DNA of 63,168 nucleotides, the filler included, from Chiloscyllium plagiosum (taxonomy: Eukaryota): assembly GCF_004010195.1 (NCBI RefSeq). It is 5 parts of one record of this genome, joined end to end, with 100 filler letters (N's around TTAATTAATTAA, not from the genome) between each part and the next. Parts side by side here need not be neighbours in the genome. Positions count along the whole stretch, not along the records: positions 17,118 to 39,953 come from NC_057711.1; positions 40,054 to 50,706 come from NC_057711.1; 3 more parts are not named here. One strand, given 5' to 3'. Positions 36,930 to 49,588 of the stretch are shown piece after piece. The first letter of the stretch is position 1; each line of letters starts with the position of its first letter. The notes under the pieces were generated by a model. It was given only the letters and a program-made list of their open reading frames with translations, was not told the origin of the DNA and did no database searches. Both the position numbers and the translations under genes were made by a program.

Positions 36930-39480
36930 TCCACTGACATAGAAAATGGGGAGGAAACTGGGCTCTGTCAGGCTTAAAAACAGACAAATGCCCTGGCCTG
37001 GATGACTTATATCCCAGGCTGCTTTGAGAGCCAAGGCAGAAAACTGCAGGGGCTCTGAGACAACTGTTAATTCCTGTCTGGTCACAGGGTAAGAGCCAGT
37101 GCACTGGAAGATGGCTAATGTGGTTCCACTTCATAAGAGGGGTATTAGAGATGATCCAGGAAATCACAGACCAGAGAGTCACACTTTAGTGGTCGGGAAA
37201 CTGTTGGAGAAAATTCTTAAGGAGAGAATTAATACCCACGTGGAAAGACATGGGTTAATTAGGGATAATCAGCAAGCCTTTGTCAGAGGGAGGTCATGCT
37301 GAACAAATTTGTGAGAATTCTTTGAGAATATGATGTTCAGTTGATACAGTTGATACAGTTTATATGGAGTTTAGCAAAACTTTTGACAAGGTCCTTCATG
37401 GGAGACTGACTGAGAAGGTTAATGCACATGGAATTGAGGGAAACCTGGTGAGATGGATCAGAAACTGGCTCAGTAAATGGACACAGTGTAGTGGTAGAAG
37501 GAGGCCGGTGTCCAGCAGTGTACCACACGGATCAGTACTGGAACACTTATTGTTTGTTAAGTATGTCATACAGTCATAGAGATGTACAGCACGGAAACAA
37601 ACCCTTTGGTCCAACTCGTCCATGCCGACCACATATCCCAACCCAATCTAGTCCCACCTGCAAGCACCCTGCCCATTTCCCTCCAAACCCTATATATATC
37701 CAAATGCCTTTTAAATGTTGCAACTGTACTAGCCTCCACCACTTCCTCTGGCAGCTCATTCCATACACGTAACACCCTCTGAGTGAAAAGGTTGCCTCTT
37801 AGGTCTCTTTTATATCTTTCCCCTCTCACCCTCAACCTATACCCTCTAGTTCTGGACTCCTCCAGCCCAGGGAAAAGACTTTGTCTAATTATCTGATCCA
37901 TGCCATTCATGATTTTATAAGCCTCTACAAGGTCACTCCTCAGCCTCTGACGCTCCAGGGAAAACAGCCCCAGCCTATTCAACCTCTCTCTATAGTTCAA
38001 ATTCTCCAAACATGGCAACATCCTTCTAAATCTTTTCTGAACCCTTTCAAGTTTCACACAATCAAGTTTCACAAGGAAGGAGACCAGATTTGCATGGAAT
38101 AGTCCAATAGTGGCTTAACCAATATCCTGTACAGCCACAACATGATCTCCCAACTCCTGTACTCAATACTCTGACCAACAAAGGAAAGCATACAGTGCCA
38201 GAGAACCAGGTTCAATTCCCACCTCAGGCAATTGTCTGTGTGCAGTTTGCACATTCTCCATGTGTCTGCGTGGGTTTCCTCCGGGTGCTCCGGTTTTCTC
38301 CCACAGTCCAAAAATGTGCAGGTTAGTTGAATTGGCCATGCTAAATTGCCAATAGTGTTAGGTGAAGGGGTAAATATAGGGAAAAGGGTCTGGGTGGGTT
38401 GCTCTTCGGAGGGTCGGTGTGGACTTGCCAAAGGGCCTGTTTCCACACTGTAAGTTACGCCTTCTTCACTATCCTAACTATCCTATCTATCTGCGACTCC
38501 ATTTTCAAGGAGCTATGAAACTGCACTCCAAGGTCTCTTTTGTTCAGCAACACTCCCAAGGACCTTACCATTAAGTGTATAAGTCCTGCTAAAATTTGCT
38601 TTCCCAAAATGCAGCACCTTGCATTTATCTAAATTAAACTCCATCTGCCACTTCTCTGCCCATTGGCCAATCTGATCAAGATTCCATTGTAAGTTGAGGT
38701 GACCTTCTTTGCTGTCCACTACACCTCCAATTTTGGTGTCTTCAGCAAACTTACTAACTATATCTCTTATGCTCACATCCAAATGCTTTATATAAATGAT
38801 GAAAATAAGTGGCCTCAGCACCGATCCATGTGGCACCCCACTGGTCACAGGCCTCCAGTCTGAAAGGCAACCCTCCACCACCACCCTCTGTCTTCTACCT
38901 TTGAGCCAAACGGCGAGTTCTCCCTATATTCTATGAGATCTAACCTTGCTCACCAGTCTCCCATGGGGAACCTTGTCGAACACTTTACTGAAGTCCATAT
39001 AGATGAAAATGTAGGGGAAATGTTAAGCAAATTTGCAGACGTCAAAGATTAGTAAAGTGATAATAGTGAAGAAGATGAATGTAGGTTACAGGAAGATATA
39101 GATGGGTTGGTCAGATGGGCAAATGGTATTTAACTCGGGTAAGCGCAAGGTGATGTACATTGGAAGTATTTATTAAATGGCAGGACACTGGGTAGCTTAG
39201 AGGAACGGAGGGATCTTGGGTTAATTACTGACAGATCCCTGATATAAGGCATATGTGACACTTGATTTCATTATCAGATGTGTTGTAGAGTATTAGAGCA
39301 AGGCAGCAATGTTGGAGTTGTACAGAGCATTGATTTGATGTCAAATGGAGTACTGTGTGCAGTTCTGGTCACCTCACTACAGGAAGGGTGTGACAGCATG
39401 AGAGGGGCTACAGAGAAGATTCATCAGCATGCAGCAGGGATGGAGAAATTGAGCTATAAGGAGAGACTAGTTATGCTTTT
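36930..39480. mobile_element. nested CR1(+) containing CR1(-, 37566-39005) containing HE1 SINE(+, 38193-38455)
   Basis: RT motifs on both strands (ANVVPLHKRG, FSKTFDKV; SGVPHGSVLRPL, FAEDTKIGG, RQRLRSDLVEAYK); SINE core inside. Confidence 0.88.
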
Positions 39481-39529
39481 GGGCTGCACGGTGGCACAGT
39501 GGTTAGCACTGCTGCCTCACAGTGCCGGA

Positions 39530-39953
39530 GAACCACCCCCATTCCCCCCACCATCACACCCACTCCAGTTACAGGTTCCACCCCCACTCCCAGCTCTACA
39601 CCCACACCAGATCCCAGCTCCCAGCCCAGCCGCGTTTTCACCATCCCCCAAGACCTCCCCCTCACTGAGGACGAACAATCAGTCCTCAGCAAAGGACTCA
39701 CCTTCATCCCCCTCCGTCCACGCATCAATGAATTTAATACATGCCGTGACGTCGAAAAATTCTTCCGTCGCCTCCGCCTCTGAGCTTACTTTCACAAGCA
39801 GGATTCCCGCCCACCTTCCGAGGACCCCTTCGCCCACCTCCAACATACTGCATCCACCTGGACACCCCGCGCTGGCCTATTACCTGCCCTCGACCTCTTC
39901 ATTTCCAACTGCCGCCGGGACATTAACCGCCTCAACCTGTCTACCTCCCTCCC
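39530..39953 (+). mobile_element. PLE ORF N-terminal region
   Basis: VFTIPQDLPLTEDEQSVLSKGLTFIPLRPRINEFNTCRDVEKFFRRLRL matches the PLE N-terminal L..E..VL.KGL.F.P motif. Confidence 0.8.
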
Positions 39954-40053
39954 NNNNNNNNNNNNNNNNNNNNNNNNNNNNNNNNNNNNNNNNNNNNTTA
40001 ATTAATTAANNNNNNNNNNNNNNNNNNNNNNNNNNNNNNNNNNNNNNNNNNNN

Positions 40054-40650
40054 GTCACTGCAGCTTACCCCTGCTAGACCGTCCCCCACAACAGTATCCA
40101 AAGCGGTACACTTATTGTTGAGGGGAACGACCACAGGGGATCCCTGCACTGCCTGCTTCCTCCCCTTCCCACCTCTAACTGTTACCCAGCTACCTCTGTT
40201 CTCTGGCGTAACTATGTCCCTGTAGCTTCTACCTATCTCAGCCTCTCGAATAATCCTCAGTTCATCCAACTCCAGTTACAGTTCCCTAACTCCTTCTGTG
40301 AGGAGCAGGATCTGACTGCATTTCCTGCAGATGAAGTCGGCAGCAGCATCGGTGCTCACCCCTACCTCAAACATCCTGCAGGAGGAACATTCCACTGCCT
40401 GCACTGCCATAACTCTACACTTCGTCTCCAAAACAAGAACACTAAGTAGCTTACCTGTGCACTAAGTAGCTCTGGAAGGTTAGAGGAGGAGGATGGGAGG
40501 GAAGCCCTACTTTGTAGGACCTGGGGTCTAGAACACACCCACTGAAATATCAATCACTTACCTTCCCGACTAGCTCTGCGCTCCAACTTCACTTCCGCCC
40601 AGTTCCCGCCGCTCTCTGCTGTGAAAAGACCGTTGGCGCCGAGGTAAGTT
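40054..40650 (-). mobile_element. CR1 5' UTR and ORF1 N-terminus
   Basis: ECSSCRMF..FICRKC zinc finger, ELDELRIIREAE, WVTVRGGKG..VPLNNKCTAL. Confidence 0.8.
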
Positions 40651-40899
40651 CTTAAATATCAATCTGGTCAGCATGGACGAGTTGGACCGAAGGGTCTGTT
40701 TCGGTGCTGTACATCTCTATGACTGACTCTAAATGCTGGCTTAGCCCTCGATGCCCAACAAACCGTGTGTGAATAAAGAAAAATGGCAAGCAACAGTGGG
40801 ACAATTAAAATCAGGGACCGCCAAGAGGCCAGCTCTGGAAGAACAATTTTCCATTCTTTCAGGACTGCAAATGTAACTAACAAAGACAACTTTTTTTTA

Positions 40900-41220
40900 A
40901 GATTAGATTAGATTACTGACAGTGTGGAAACAGGCCCTTCGGCCCAACAAGTCCACACCGACAAGTCGAAGCGCAACCCACCCAGACCCATTCCCCTACA
41001 TTTACCCCTTCACCTAACACTACGGGCAATTTAGACTGGCCAATTCACCTAACCTGCACATTTTTGGATTGTGGGAGGAAACCAGAGCACCCAGAGGAAA
41101 CCCATGCAGACACGGGGAGAATGTGCAAACTCCGCACAGAGAGTCGCCTGAGGCGGGAATTGAACCCGGGTCTCTGGCGCTGTGAGGCAGCAGCGCTACC
41201 ACTGTGCCACTGTGCCGCCC
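40900..41220 (-). mobile_element. HE1 / V-SINE
   Basis: Full head, core and tail on -. Confidence 0.92.
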
Positions 41221-41699
41221 ACGTGCCACCATGCTATCTCTAATTGCTTGTGAGAAAATAGCAGTGAGTCACATGAATTGCATCAGTGTGAAGTCTCTAA
41301 AAGGAATGTATGGTGGGCACTTCTGGACAGCTGCATCGAAGACAGTTACATCAGTGAAGGTGAGGTCAATTGGGTTTGCTGCTCATGTCTTGTTGGGTCC
41401 CCTGCCCATCTTCCACAGACCCAGGGATATCTTCAAGGACTTGGCCATCTCAGGAGTGCTTATGCCACTAAGTTACTGTCTTTTTACATTCGAAGTACTC
41501 TTACACACATCAGCATGGTTTCTTGTCCCATCACCAAATCACCTGGTTTTTCATCTGTTAACCATCAATACGCTTTCCAAATGATTAATTTAGATGTAAA
41601 CTGCATTAAGGGCAATGCAGACCACCAAATGTGAGAGAGAGGTAGGGACAGAGGGAAGGGCTAAATTAAAATTGATATGGAAGATAGAGTGCATTCTGT

Positions 41700-42240
41700 G
41701 CCTTACTCCACTCCTTCTTCCAAGGACTGTTAGACATGATTCATCAGTCCAGCCAAGAGCATTGGGAGGGGGAATGTTCTATCAGTGATAATTAGCAGGA
41801 TATTCTTTGATCATATGCTATGAGGGTCATATGTTAGGGTCTTAAGATAATTTTGAAGCCTCCCAGGATACTCTCTTGGTAGGGTCAACTAAGTGGTGTT
41901 TTCTTCTGGACCCTTGGTTGATAGTGGATGGTTCCTTTTTCAGTTTTCTGCAGCAGTAAAACTGAGTGGCTTTCCAGGCCATTTCAGGGGGCAGTTCAGA
42001 GTCAGGAGTCACACTTAGGTCAGGTCATGGAAAGTTACAAGTTTTCTGCCCTCAAGGACTCGAGTGAATGGGATGGATTTTGATTGACAATCTCATAGCT
42101 TTATGCTTGCCAGTGCCAAAGTTAACTCCAGATATATTCATTAACTGAAATTACATTTAAAAATATCCCTTGGCTGGATTTGGTCTCTGAAAATTAAACT
42201 CAGGATCCCTAGTCTAGAAATAGTACCACTACGCCATCAT
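41700..42240 (-). mobile_element. 5' end (tRNA-like head plus continuation) of the long-form element of the 53811 family
   Basis: On -, the core ends ...ctgccccctgaaatggcctggaaagccactcag, which is the long-form continuation and not the SINE tail. Confidence 0.5.
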
Positions 42241-42339
42241 TCTATCAAAATCAAAGAGAATTCAAGGAGATCAAAGAGGGCTGAAAGTGTTTATAGACTA
42301 GTAATGAATTATTGGAAAATGACAATTTAAAACTTAATG

Positions 42340-45300
42340 CATTTCCAGCATGTGAGGCAATGGTGACTAGCAAATTCACTAAAGCTATTAAGGTGGATTT
42401 AAACTAATATAGCAGGGGATGGGAACCAAAATTGTAGGACAGATAAAGAAGAGGATGAGAGTAGGGAGTTCCAAAATCAAGTATCTGACACTGGCAAGCG
42501 AGAACCTGTTTTGAAGTGTGTCTACTTCAACGCAAGGAGCATCCGAAATAAAATGGGTGAACTGGCAGCGTGAGTTGGTATCTGGGACTTCGATGTTGTG
42601 GCCATTACGGAGACATGGATAGAGCAGGGACAGGAATGGCTGTTGCAGGTTCCATGATTCAGATGTTTCAGTAAGAACAGAGAAGATGGTAAAAGAGGGG
42701 GAGGTGTGGCATGTTGATCAGGGACAATATTACAGTTGTAGAAAGGATGTTTGGGGACTCGTTAACTGAGATAGTATGGGCTGAGGTTAGAAACAGGAAA
42801 GGAGAAGTCACCATGCTGGGAGTTTTCCAAAGGCCTCCGAATAGTCCCAGAGATGTAGAGGAAAGGATAGTAAAGATGATTCTTGATAGGAGTGAGAGAG
42901 ACAGGATAGTTGTCATGGGGACTTCAACTATCCAAATATTGATGGGATCACTATACTATAGATGGGTCAGTTTTTGTCCAGTGTGTGCAGGAGGGCTTCC
43001 TGACACAGTATGTAGACAAGCCACTTTAGATTTAGTACTGGGTAACGAGCCTGGCCAAGTGTTAGATTTGTAAGTGAGTGAGCACTTTGGAGACAATGAT
43101 CACAATTCTGCCAGGTTTACTTTAGTGATGGAAAGGGATAGGTGTACTCCACCGAGCTAGAGTTACAGCTGGGAGAAGGGAAATTATGATGCAATTAGGA
43201 AAGATTTAGGAAGTGTAGAATGGGGAAGGAAACTGCAGGGGATGAGCACATTAAAAATGTGGAGCTTATTCAAGGAAAAGCTCCTGTGTGTCCTAGATAA
43301 GTATGTACCTGTCAGGCAGGGGGGAAGCTATAGAACGCGTGAGCTGTGGTTTACTAAGAAAGTGGAATCCCTGGTCAAGAAGAAGGGGAAGGCTTATGTT
43401 AGGACAAAATGTGAAAACTCAGTTAGGGTGCTTGAGGGTTACAAGGAAGTCAGGAAAGACCTAAAAAGAGAGCTGAGAAGAAATGTGAATCTTATTCAAG
43501 GAAAAGCTCCTGTGTGTCCTAGATAAGTATGTACCTGTCAGGCAGGGAGGAAGCTGTAGAGCGCGGGGGCTGTGGTTTATGAAGAAAGTGGAATCTCTAG
43601 TCAAGAGGAAGAAGAAGGCTTATGTTAGGATGAGATGTGAAGGCTCACTTAGGGTGCTTGCAGTTACAAGGTAGCCAGAAAAGACCAAAAGAGAGAGCTC
43701 AGAAGAGCCAGGAGGAGACATGAGAAGTTGTTGGCAGATAGGATCAGGGTTAATCCTAAAGCTTTCCATAGGTATGTCAGGAATAAAAGAATGATGAGAG
43801 TTAAATTAGGGCCAATCAAGGATAATAGTGGGAAGTTGTGTGTGGAATCAGAGGAGATAGGGGAAGCACTAAATATTTTTCGACAGTGCTCACTATAGAA
43901 AATGAAAATGTTGGCGAGGAAGCTACAGAGATACTTGCATCTAGACTAGAAGAGATTGAGGTTCACAAGGAAGAGGTATTAGAGATCCTGCAGAGTGTGA
44001 AAATAGACAAGTCCCCTGGGCTGGATGGGATCTATCCTAGGATCCTCTGGGAAGCAAGGGAAGAGATTGCCGAGCCTTTGGCATTGATCTTCAAATCATC
44101 ATTGTCTACAGGAATAGTGCCTGAGGACTGGAGGATAGCAAATGTGGTTCCCTTGTTCAAAAAGGGTAGTAGAGACAACCCTGGTAATTACAGAGCAATG
44201 AGTCTCACTTCAGTTGTTGGTAAAGTGTTGGAAAAGGTTATAAGTGATAGGATATATAACCATCCAGAAAAGAATAACCTGATCAGGGACAGTCAGCACG
44301 GTTTTGTGAAGGGTAGGTCGTGCCTAATGAATCTTATTGAGTTTTTTGACAAAGTGACCAAACAGGTAGATGAGAGTAAACCAGTTGATGTGGTGTATAC
44401 GGCTTTCAGCAAGGCGTTCGATAAGGTTCCCCACAGTAGACTATTGTACAAAATGCGGAGGAATGGGATTGTGAGAGATATAGCAGTTTGGATCAGTAAT
44501 TGGCTTGCTGAAAGAAAACAGAGGGTTGTAGTTGATGGAACATGTTCATCTTGGTGTCCAGTTACTAGCGGCGTTCCGCAAGGGTCGGTGTTGGGTCCAC
44601 TGCTGTTCGTCATTTTTATAAATGACNNNNNNNNNNNNNNNNNNNNNNNNNNNNNNNNNNNNNNNNNNNNNNNNNNNNNNNNNNNNNNNNNNNNNNNNNN
44701 NNNNNNNNNNNNNNNNNNNNNNNNNNNNNNNNNNNNNNNNNNNNNNNNNNNNNNNNNNNNNNNNNNNNNNNNNNNNNNNNNNNNNNNNNNNNNNNNNNNN
44801 NNNNNNNNNNNNNNNNNNNNNNNNNNNNNNNNNNNNNNNNNNNNNNNNNNNNNNNNNNNNNNNNNNNNNNNNNNNNNNNNNNNNNNNNNNNNNNNNNNNN
44901 NNNNNNNNNNNNNNNNNNNNNNNNNNNNNNNNNNNNNNNNNNNNNNNNNNNNNNNNNNNNNNNNNNNNNNNNNNNNNNNNNNNNNNNNNNNNNNNNNNNN
45001 NNNNNNNNNNNNNNNNNNNNNNNNNNNNNNNNNNNNNNNNNNNNNNNNNNNNNNNNNNTAGAGAGAAGAAGGTTGAGAGGTGACTTAATAGAGACATACA
45101 AGATAATCAGAGGGTTAGATAGAGTGGACAGGGAGAGCCTTTTTCCAAGTATGGGGATGGCAAACACGAGGGGACACAATTTTAAAGTGAGGGGAGATAG
45201 GTATAAGACAGATGTCAGAGGTAGTTTCTTTACTCAGAGAGTAATAAAGGTATGGAATACTTTGCCTGCAACGATAGTAGATTCTCTAAGTTTAAGTGCA

Positions 45301-45447
45301 TTTAAGTCGTCATTGGACAGGCATATGGACGTACATGGAAGAGTGTAGGTGGGATGGGCTTCAGATTAGTATGACGGGGCGGTGCAACATCGAGGGCCGA
45401 AGGGCCTGTACGGCGGTGTAATATTCTATGTTCTATGTTCTATGTTC
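42340..45447 (+). mobile_element. CR1 ORF2 (APE+RT) nearly complete, with internal 226-bp tandem duplication
   Basis: [59 protein letters not shown], (ctatgtt)n tail. Confidence 0.93.
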
Positions 45448-45547
45448 TAAATACATGGACAGTAGTTGGTGACCAGGACCTGATCCAAGTCATGGAAGGA
45501 CAGCATCTTTTTGGACAAGCTCAAATTTGCAGTTTATGGAAACAAAT

Positions 45548-45856
45548 GGGCGGCACAGTGGCACAGTGGTTAGCACTGTTGCCTCACAGTGCCAGAGACC
45601 CGGGTTCAATTCCCGCCTCAGGCGACTCTCTGTGTGGAGTTTGCACGTTCTCCCCGTGTCTGTGTGAGTTTCCTCCGGGTGCTCCGGTTTCCTCCCACAG
45701 TCCAAAGATGTGCAGGTCAGGTGAATTGGCCATGCTAAATTGCCCGTAGTGTTAGGTAAGGGGTAAATGTAGGGGTATGGGTGGGTTGCGCTTCGGCGGG
45801 TCGGTGTGGACTTGTTGGGCTGAAGGGCCTGTTTCCACACTGTAATCTAATCTAAT
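45548..45856 (+). mobile_element. HE1 / V-SINE
   Basis: Intact A box TGGCACAGTGG, B box GGTTCAATTCC, core and (taatc)n tail. Confidence 0.93.
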
Positions 45857-48176
45857 CAAAGTGGGCTACTTGGTCCATTTTTGTCTCTCCTATCCCATAA
45901 ATAAGCCAGCCAGTCTAATCCCATTTCTTAACATTTATAGGAACAGGAGTAGGCCATTCAGCCCCTCCAGCTTTTCCACTATTTAATGAGATCAATTTCC
46001 ATATACATGCCCTTGGCCCATATCCCTTAATACCTTCATTTAAAAAAAAATGGTTTATCTCCAATTTGAAATTGACAACTGATCATGCATCACGCTCATG
46101 GAAGAGAGTTCCAAACTTCTATCACTCTTTGTGTGCAGAAGTGTTCCCTAACATCTCTCCTGAATAGTCTTACCCTAATTCTCAGACTATGCCCCCTCAT
46201 TCTCAAACCCACAATCAATGGAAATTGTCTAGCTATCCTTTCTTTTGCAGCTATTTAGTCCATAACTGTGCAGGTACACACCTATGTCATGAAAGTTGGG
46301 AAGCTGGTCAGAAAGCACTGGAATAGACCAGGCTAGAGATAGAAAATGGTACAATTCTGGTGAATGTCCCTGTCTGTGAGCCAGAAGCATCAGTTTCAAA
46401 TCAACACAAGATTTAATGCCCAAGACCAGTCCATTCATAATGTGACCAAAGAGGTCGAGTACCAGCCTATAAATTCTTCCAATGTGCACCAATGGCTGGT
46501 AGTAGGAACTGGAGAGACTGCTAGCTTGTCACTTGCAGAAAGCAAAAGAAAATGTTCCACAGTATTTCTTAAGCCTAAGCAGTAACACAGAGATCTCCAG
46601 TTATCAATGCCTTTAACAGCACATTTCTCTGAAGAGTTAAAAATGGCATAATGAGGGCTTCAGGATGAAGGCCTGAAACATCGATTCTCCTGCTCCTTGG
46701 CTGCTTGTCCAGCACCAAGCTCTCGACCCTGATCTCCAGCATCTGCAATCCTCACTTTCTCCTTCAGGAATTGATGAATGGAAACAGGGGCTACCGATTT
46801 TGTTAATTCTTCAGTGCAGTATTTAGGGAACTGATGGTCACCATAGCAGCAGAGAGCCATATGCTGTTCTCATATTAGAGAGAGCTTTCTGGTGGTGAGT
46901 TTAACCCAAGGGATACCACACACTGGATAAGGTTGAAAACATATGAGCTTTACAGTAATCTCATCTGGTATAGGGATTGATCATATTTTGTTGCCATCAC
47001 TCTGAAATACAAATTGCCCATCCAGCCAATTGAGCTACCCAAACCCAAGACCATAACGAATATGAACAGAAGTAGGCCTTTCAGCCCCTCAAGCCTGCTC
47101 CACCATTCAATGGGATCCTGGCTAATCCGACATTGCATACGTCCACTTTCTTGCCTTTTACCTGTTACCTTTGATCACCCAGCTGATAAAGAATCTATCC
47201 CAGCCTTAACTTAGTAGCAGGTTGGCTGGTTTGTGATGCAGAGTGATGCCAACAATCTGGCTCAAATTCCAATACGAGGTGAAGATACAAAGGAGGCCTT
47301 ACGTTCTGAATTTGACTCCCACCCCCTCATAAGCTAGAAGCCTCTGGGATCGTGGCAACCTTCACTGTTTAAATACTGCTGCACTAAATTGATGACTTTT
47401 CAATGGCACTTCCTCTTGGAAGGGCTAAATTGTCGATATATTACCTACCTTTGTCTGCCTTCAGAATATGGTCACATGCCTTTTCCTTAAACTGTTGCTA
47501 CTCTGGCGATCATCAGTACCACCTTTTCTATGCAAAACATAGAAATGAAGTGGCAGCTTAAATAAACTTTTCTTCTTCCTTTTCATATTTATCTTTCGTT
47601 CATTCTTGCATCTCGTGCTGCAGTCTTGCTGACACAGCTCACAGAATTGGCTTTATCACAAGGAGGACAGCCATCGCCCTACCCTCTTCCTCCAAGCCAA
47701 AACCTTACCCGGACTTTGAACTGAGCAGACCTGAGTTTTCTCCAGACTTGACAAGTGCAGGTTAACCCTGCAAAGATGGGTCAATATTGTAAAATCTAGA
47801 TATTTTGACTGTCTGTCAGGGAGCTGCCTCTTTGTTCTTTAATAAATGCAGCTGTAAAAACCTCTGATTCTCTGTGGAGTGACTTATGGTAATGGCTTGC
47901 TGATTCACAGATAATGTCTTGTCAGATTATTAGCCTGGTCTCAGAACCTTAGAAAGTAGACTGCCAGACTGTAATATTATCCTGCCAACAGCTTTGTAAG
48001 TCACCTCCTGCACAGCTTATAATCATCATTTCTCACTGAGATATATCCGCTGGGAACAGGATTACTGGATTTGGAAGGACTAATTGGGTGCTCTGTTCAT
48101 AAAGAAAGAAGTAAAATTACTCTATACTGAAGTGTCATGAGCTGCCTTGTGCTTCATGTGATCCTGCAGACACATA

Positions 48177-48494
48177 TTAGATTAGATTACTTACAGTGTG
48201 GAAACAGGCCCTTCGGCCCAACAAGTCCACACCGACCCTCCGAAGCGTAACCCACCCAGACCCATTCTCCTACGTTTACTCCTTCACCTAACACTACGGG
48301 CAATTTAGCATGGCCAATTCACCTAACCTGCACATTTTTGGATTGTGGGAGGAAACCGGAGCACCCGGAGGAAACCCACGCAGACACGGGGAGAATGTGC
48401 AAACTCCACACAGAGAGTCGCCTGAGGCGGGAATTGAACCCGGGTCTCTGGCGCTGTGAGGCAGCAGCGCTAACCACTGTGCCACCGTGCCACC
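48177..48494 (-). mobile_element. HE1 / V-SINE
   Basis: Full-length copy on -. Confidence 0.93.
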
Positions 48495-48784
48495 CACCTA
48501 TAATATAGATGTACCATCTATAATATTTGGTACCTGCAGTTAGTCTTTATCATTTCCTGTAACTGTTTATTACAAGAAGGAAATAAATTCTTTGGGGGCT
48601 TTTGAATGAAAATTGCGTTATCATTGAGTCATACAGCACAGAAACAGACTCTTCAGTCCAACGAGTCCATGCTGAACATACTCCCAAACTAAACTAGTCC
48701 CAACTGCCTACTCCTGGCCTGTATTCCTCCAATCCTTCCTATTCATGCACCTATCCAAATGTTTAAACATTGTAATTGTACGGC

Positions 48785-49588
48785 CAATGTGGAGGACCAG
48801 TTCCATCACAGAACACACCAGATGGCCTCCTTCTTTAGAGAATTTCCCTTCCCACGTGGTTGAAGATGCCCTCCAACGCATCCTGCAACTCTGCCCTCAA
48901 ACCCCACCCCTCCAACCATAACAAGGACAGAACCCCCCTGGTCCTCACCTTCCACCCTACCAACCTTCGCATTAACCACATCATCCGCCAACATTTCTGC
49001 CACCTCCAAATGGACCCCACCANNNNNNNNNNNNNNNNNNNNNNNNNNNNNNNNNNNNNNNNNNNNNNNNNNNNNNNNNNNNNNNNNNNNNNNNNNNNNN
49101 NNNNNNNNNNNNNNNNNNNNNNNNNNNNNNNNNNNNNNNNNNNNNNNNNNNNNNNNNNNNNNNNNNNNNNNNNNNNNNNNNNNNNNNNNNNNNNNNNNNN
49201 NNNNNNNNNNNNNNNNNNNNNNNNNNNNNNNNNNNNNNNNNNNNNNNNNNNNNNNNNNNNNNNNNNNNNNNNNNNNNNNNNNNNNNNNNNNNNNNNNNNN
49301 NNNNNNNNNNNNNNNNNNNNNNNNNNNNNNNNNNNNNNNNNNNNNNNNNNNNNNNNNNNNNNNNNNNNNNNNNNNNNNNNNNNNNNNNNNNNNNNNNNNN
49401 NNNNNNNNNNNNNACCTATTGTATCTTGGCTACCTTCTCCCCAGCCCCCCTCCCTCCCATTTATCTCTCCACCCCGGAGGCTCGCTGCCTTCATTCCTGA
49501 TGAAGGGCTTTTGCCCAAAACATCCATTTCCCTGCTCCTTGGATGCTGCCTGACCTGCTGTGCTTTTCCAGCACCACTCTAATCTAGA
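48785..49588 (+). mobile_element. PLE fragment plus terminal repeat inserted in a minus-strand CR1 3' end (48625-49780)
   Basis: KDRTPLVLTFHPTNLRINHIIRQHF; cctgatgaagggcttttgcccaaaacatcc at ~49496. Confidence 0.8.

Noticed and set aside
40540..40650. CpG-rich patch with splice-donor motifs as a second AGA exon 1 (similar patch at 50600-50706)
   Set aside because: No AGA-like peptide; it sits at the 5' end of a CR1 ORF1 and is better explained as LINE 5' UTR.
44546..45179. Long ORFs spanning N-runs (also near 8100, 22580, 49020)
   Set aside because: Artefacts of translating through gaps.
47440..47780. Two possible small minus-strand exons with AG/GT signals (~47450-47527, ~47709-47767)
   Set aside because: The first has stops in all three frames and neither resembles AGA or a known protein; a lncRNA cannot be supported without transcripts.
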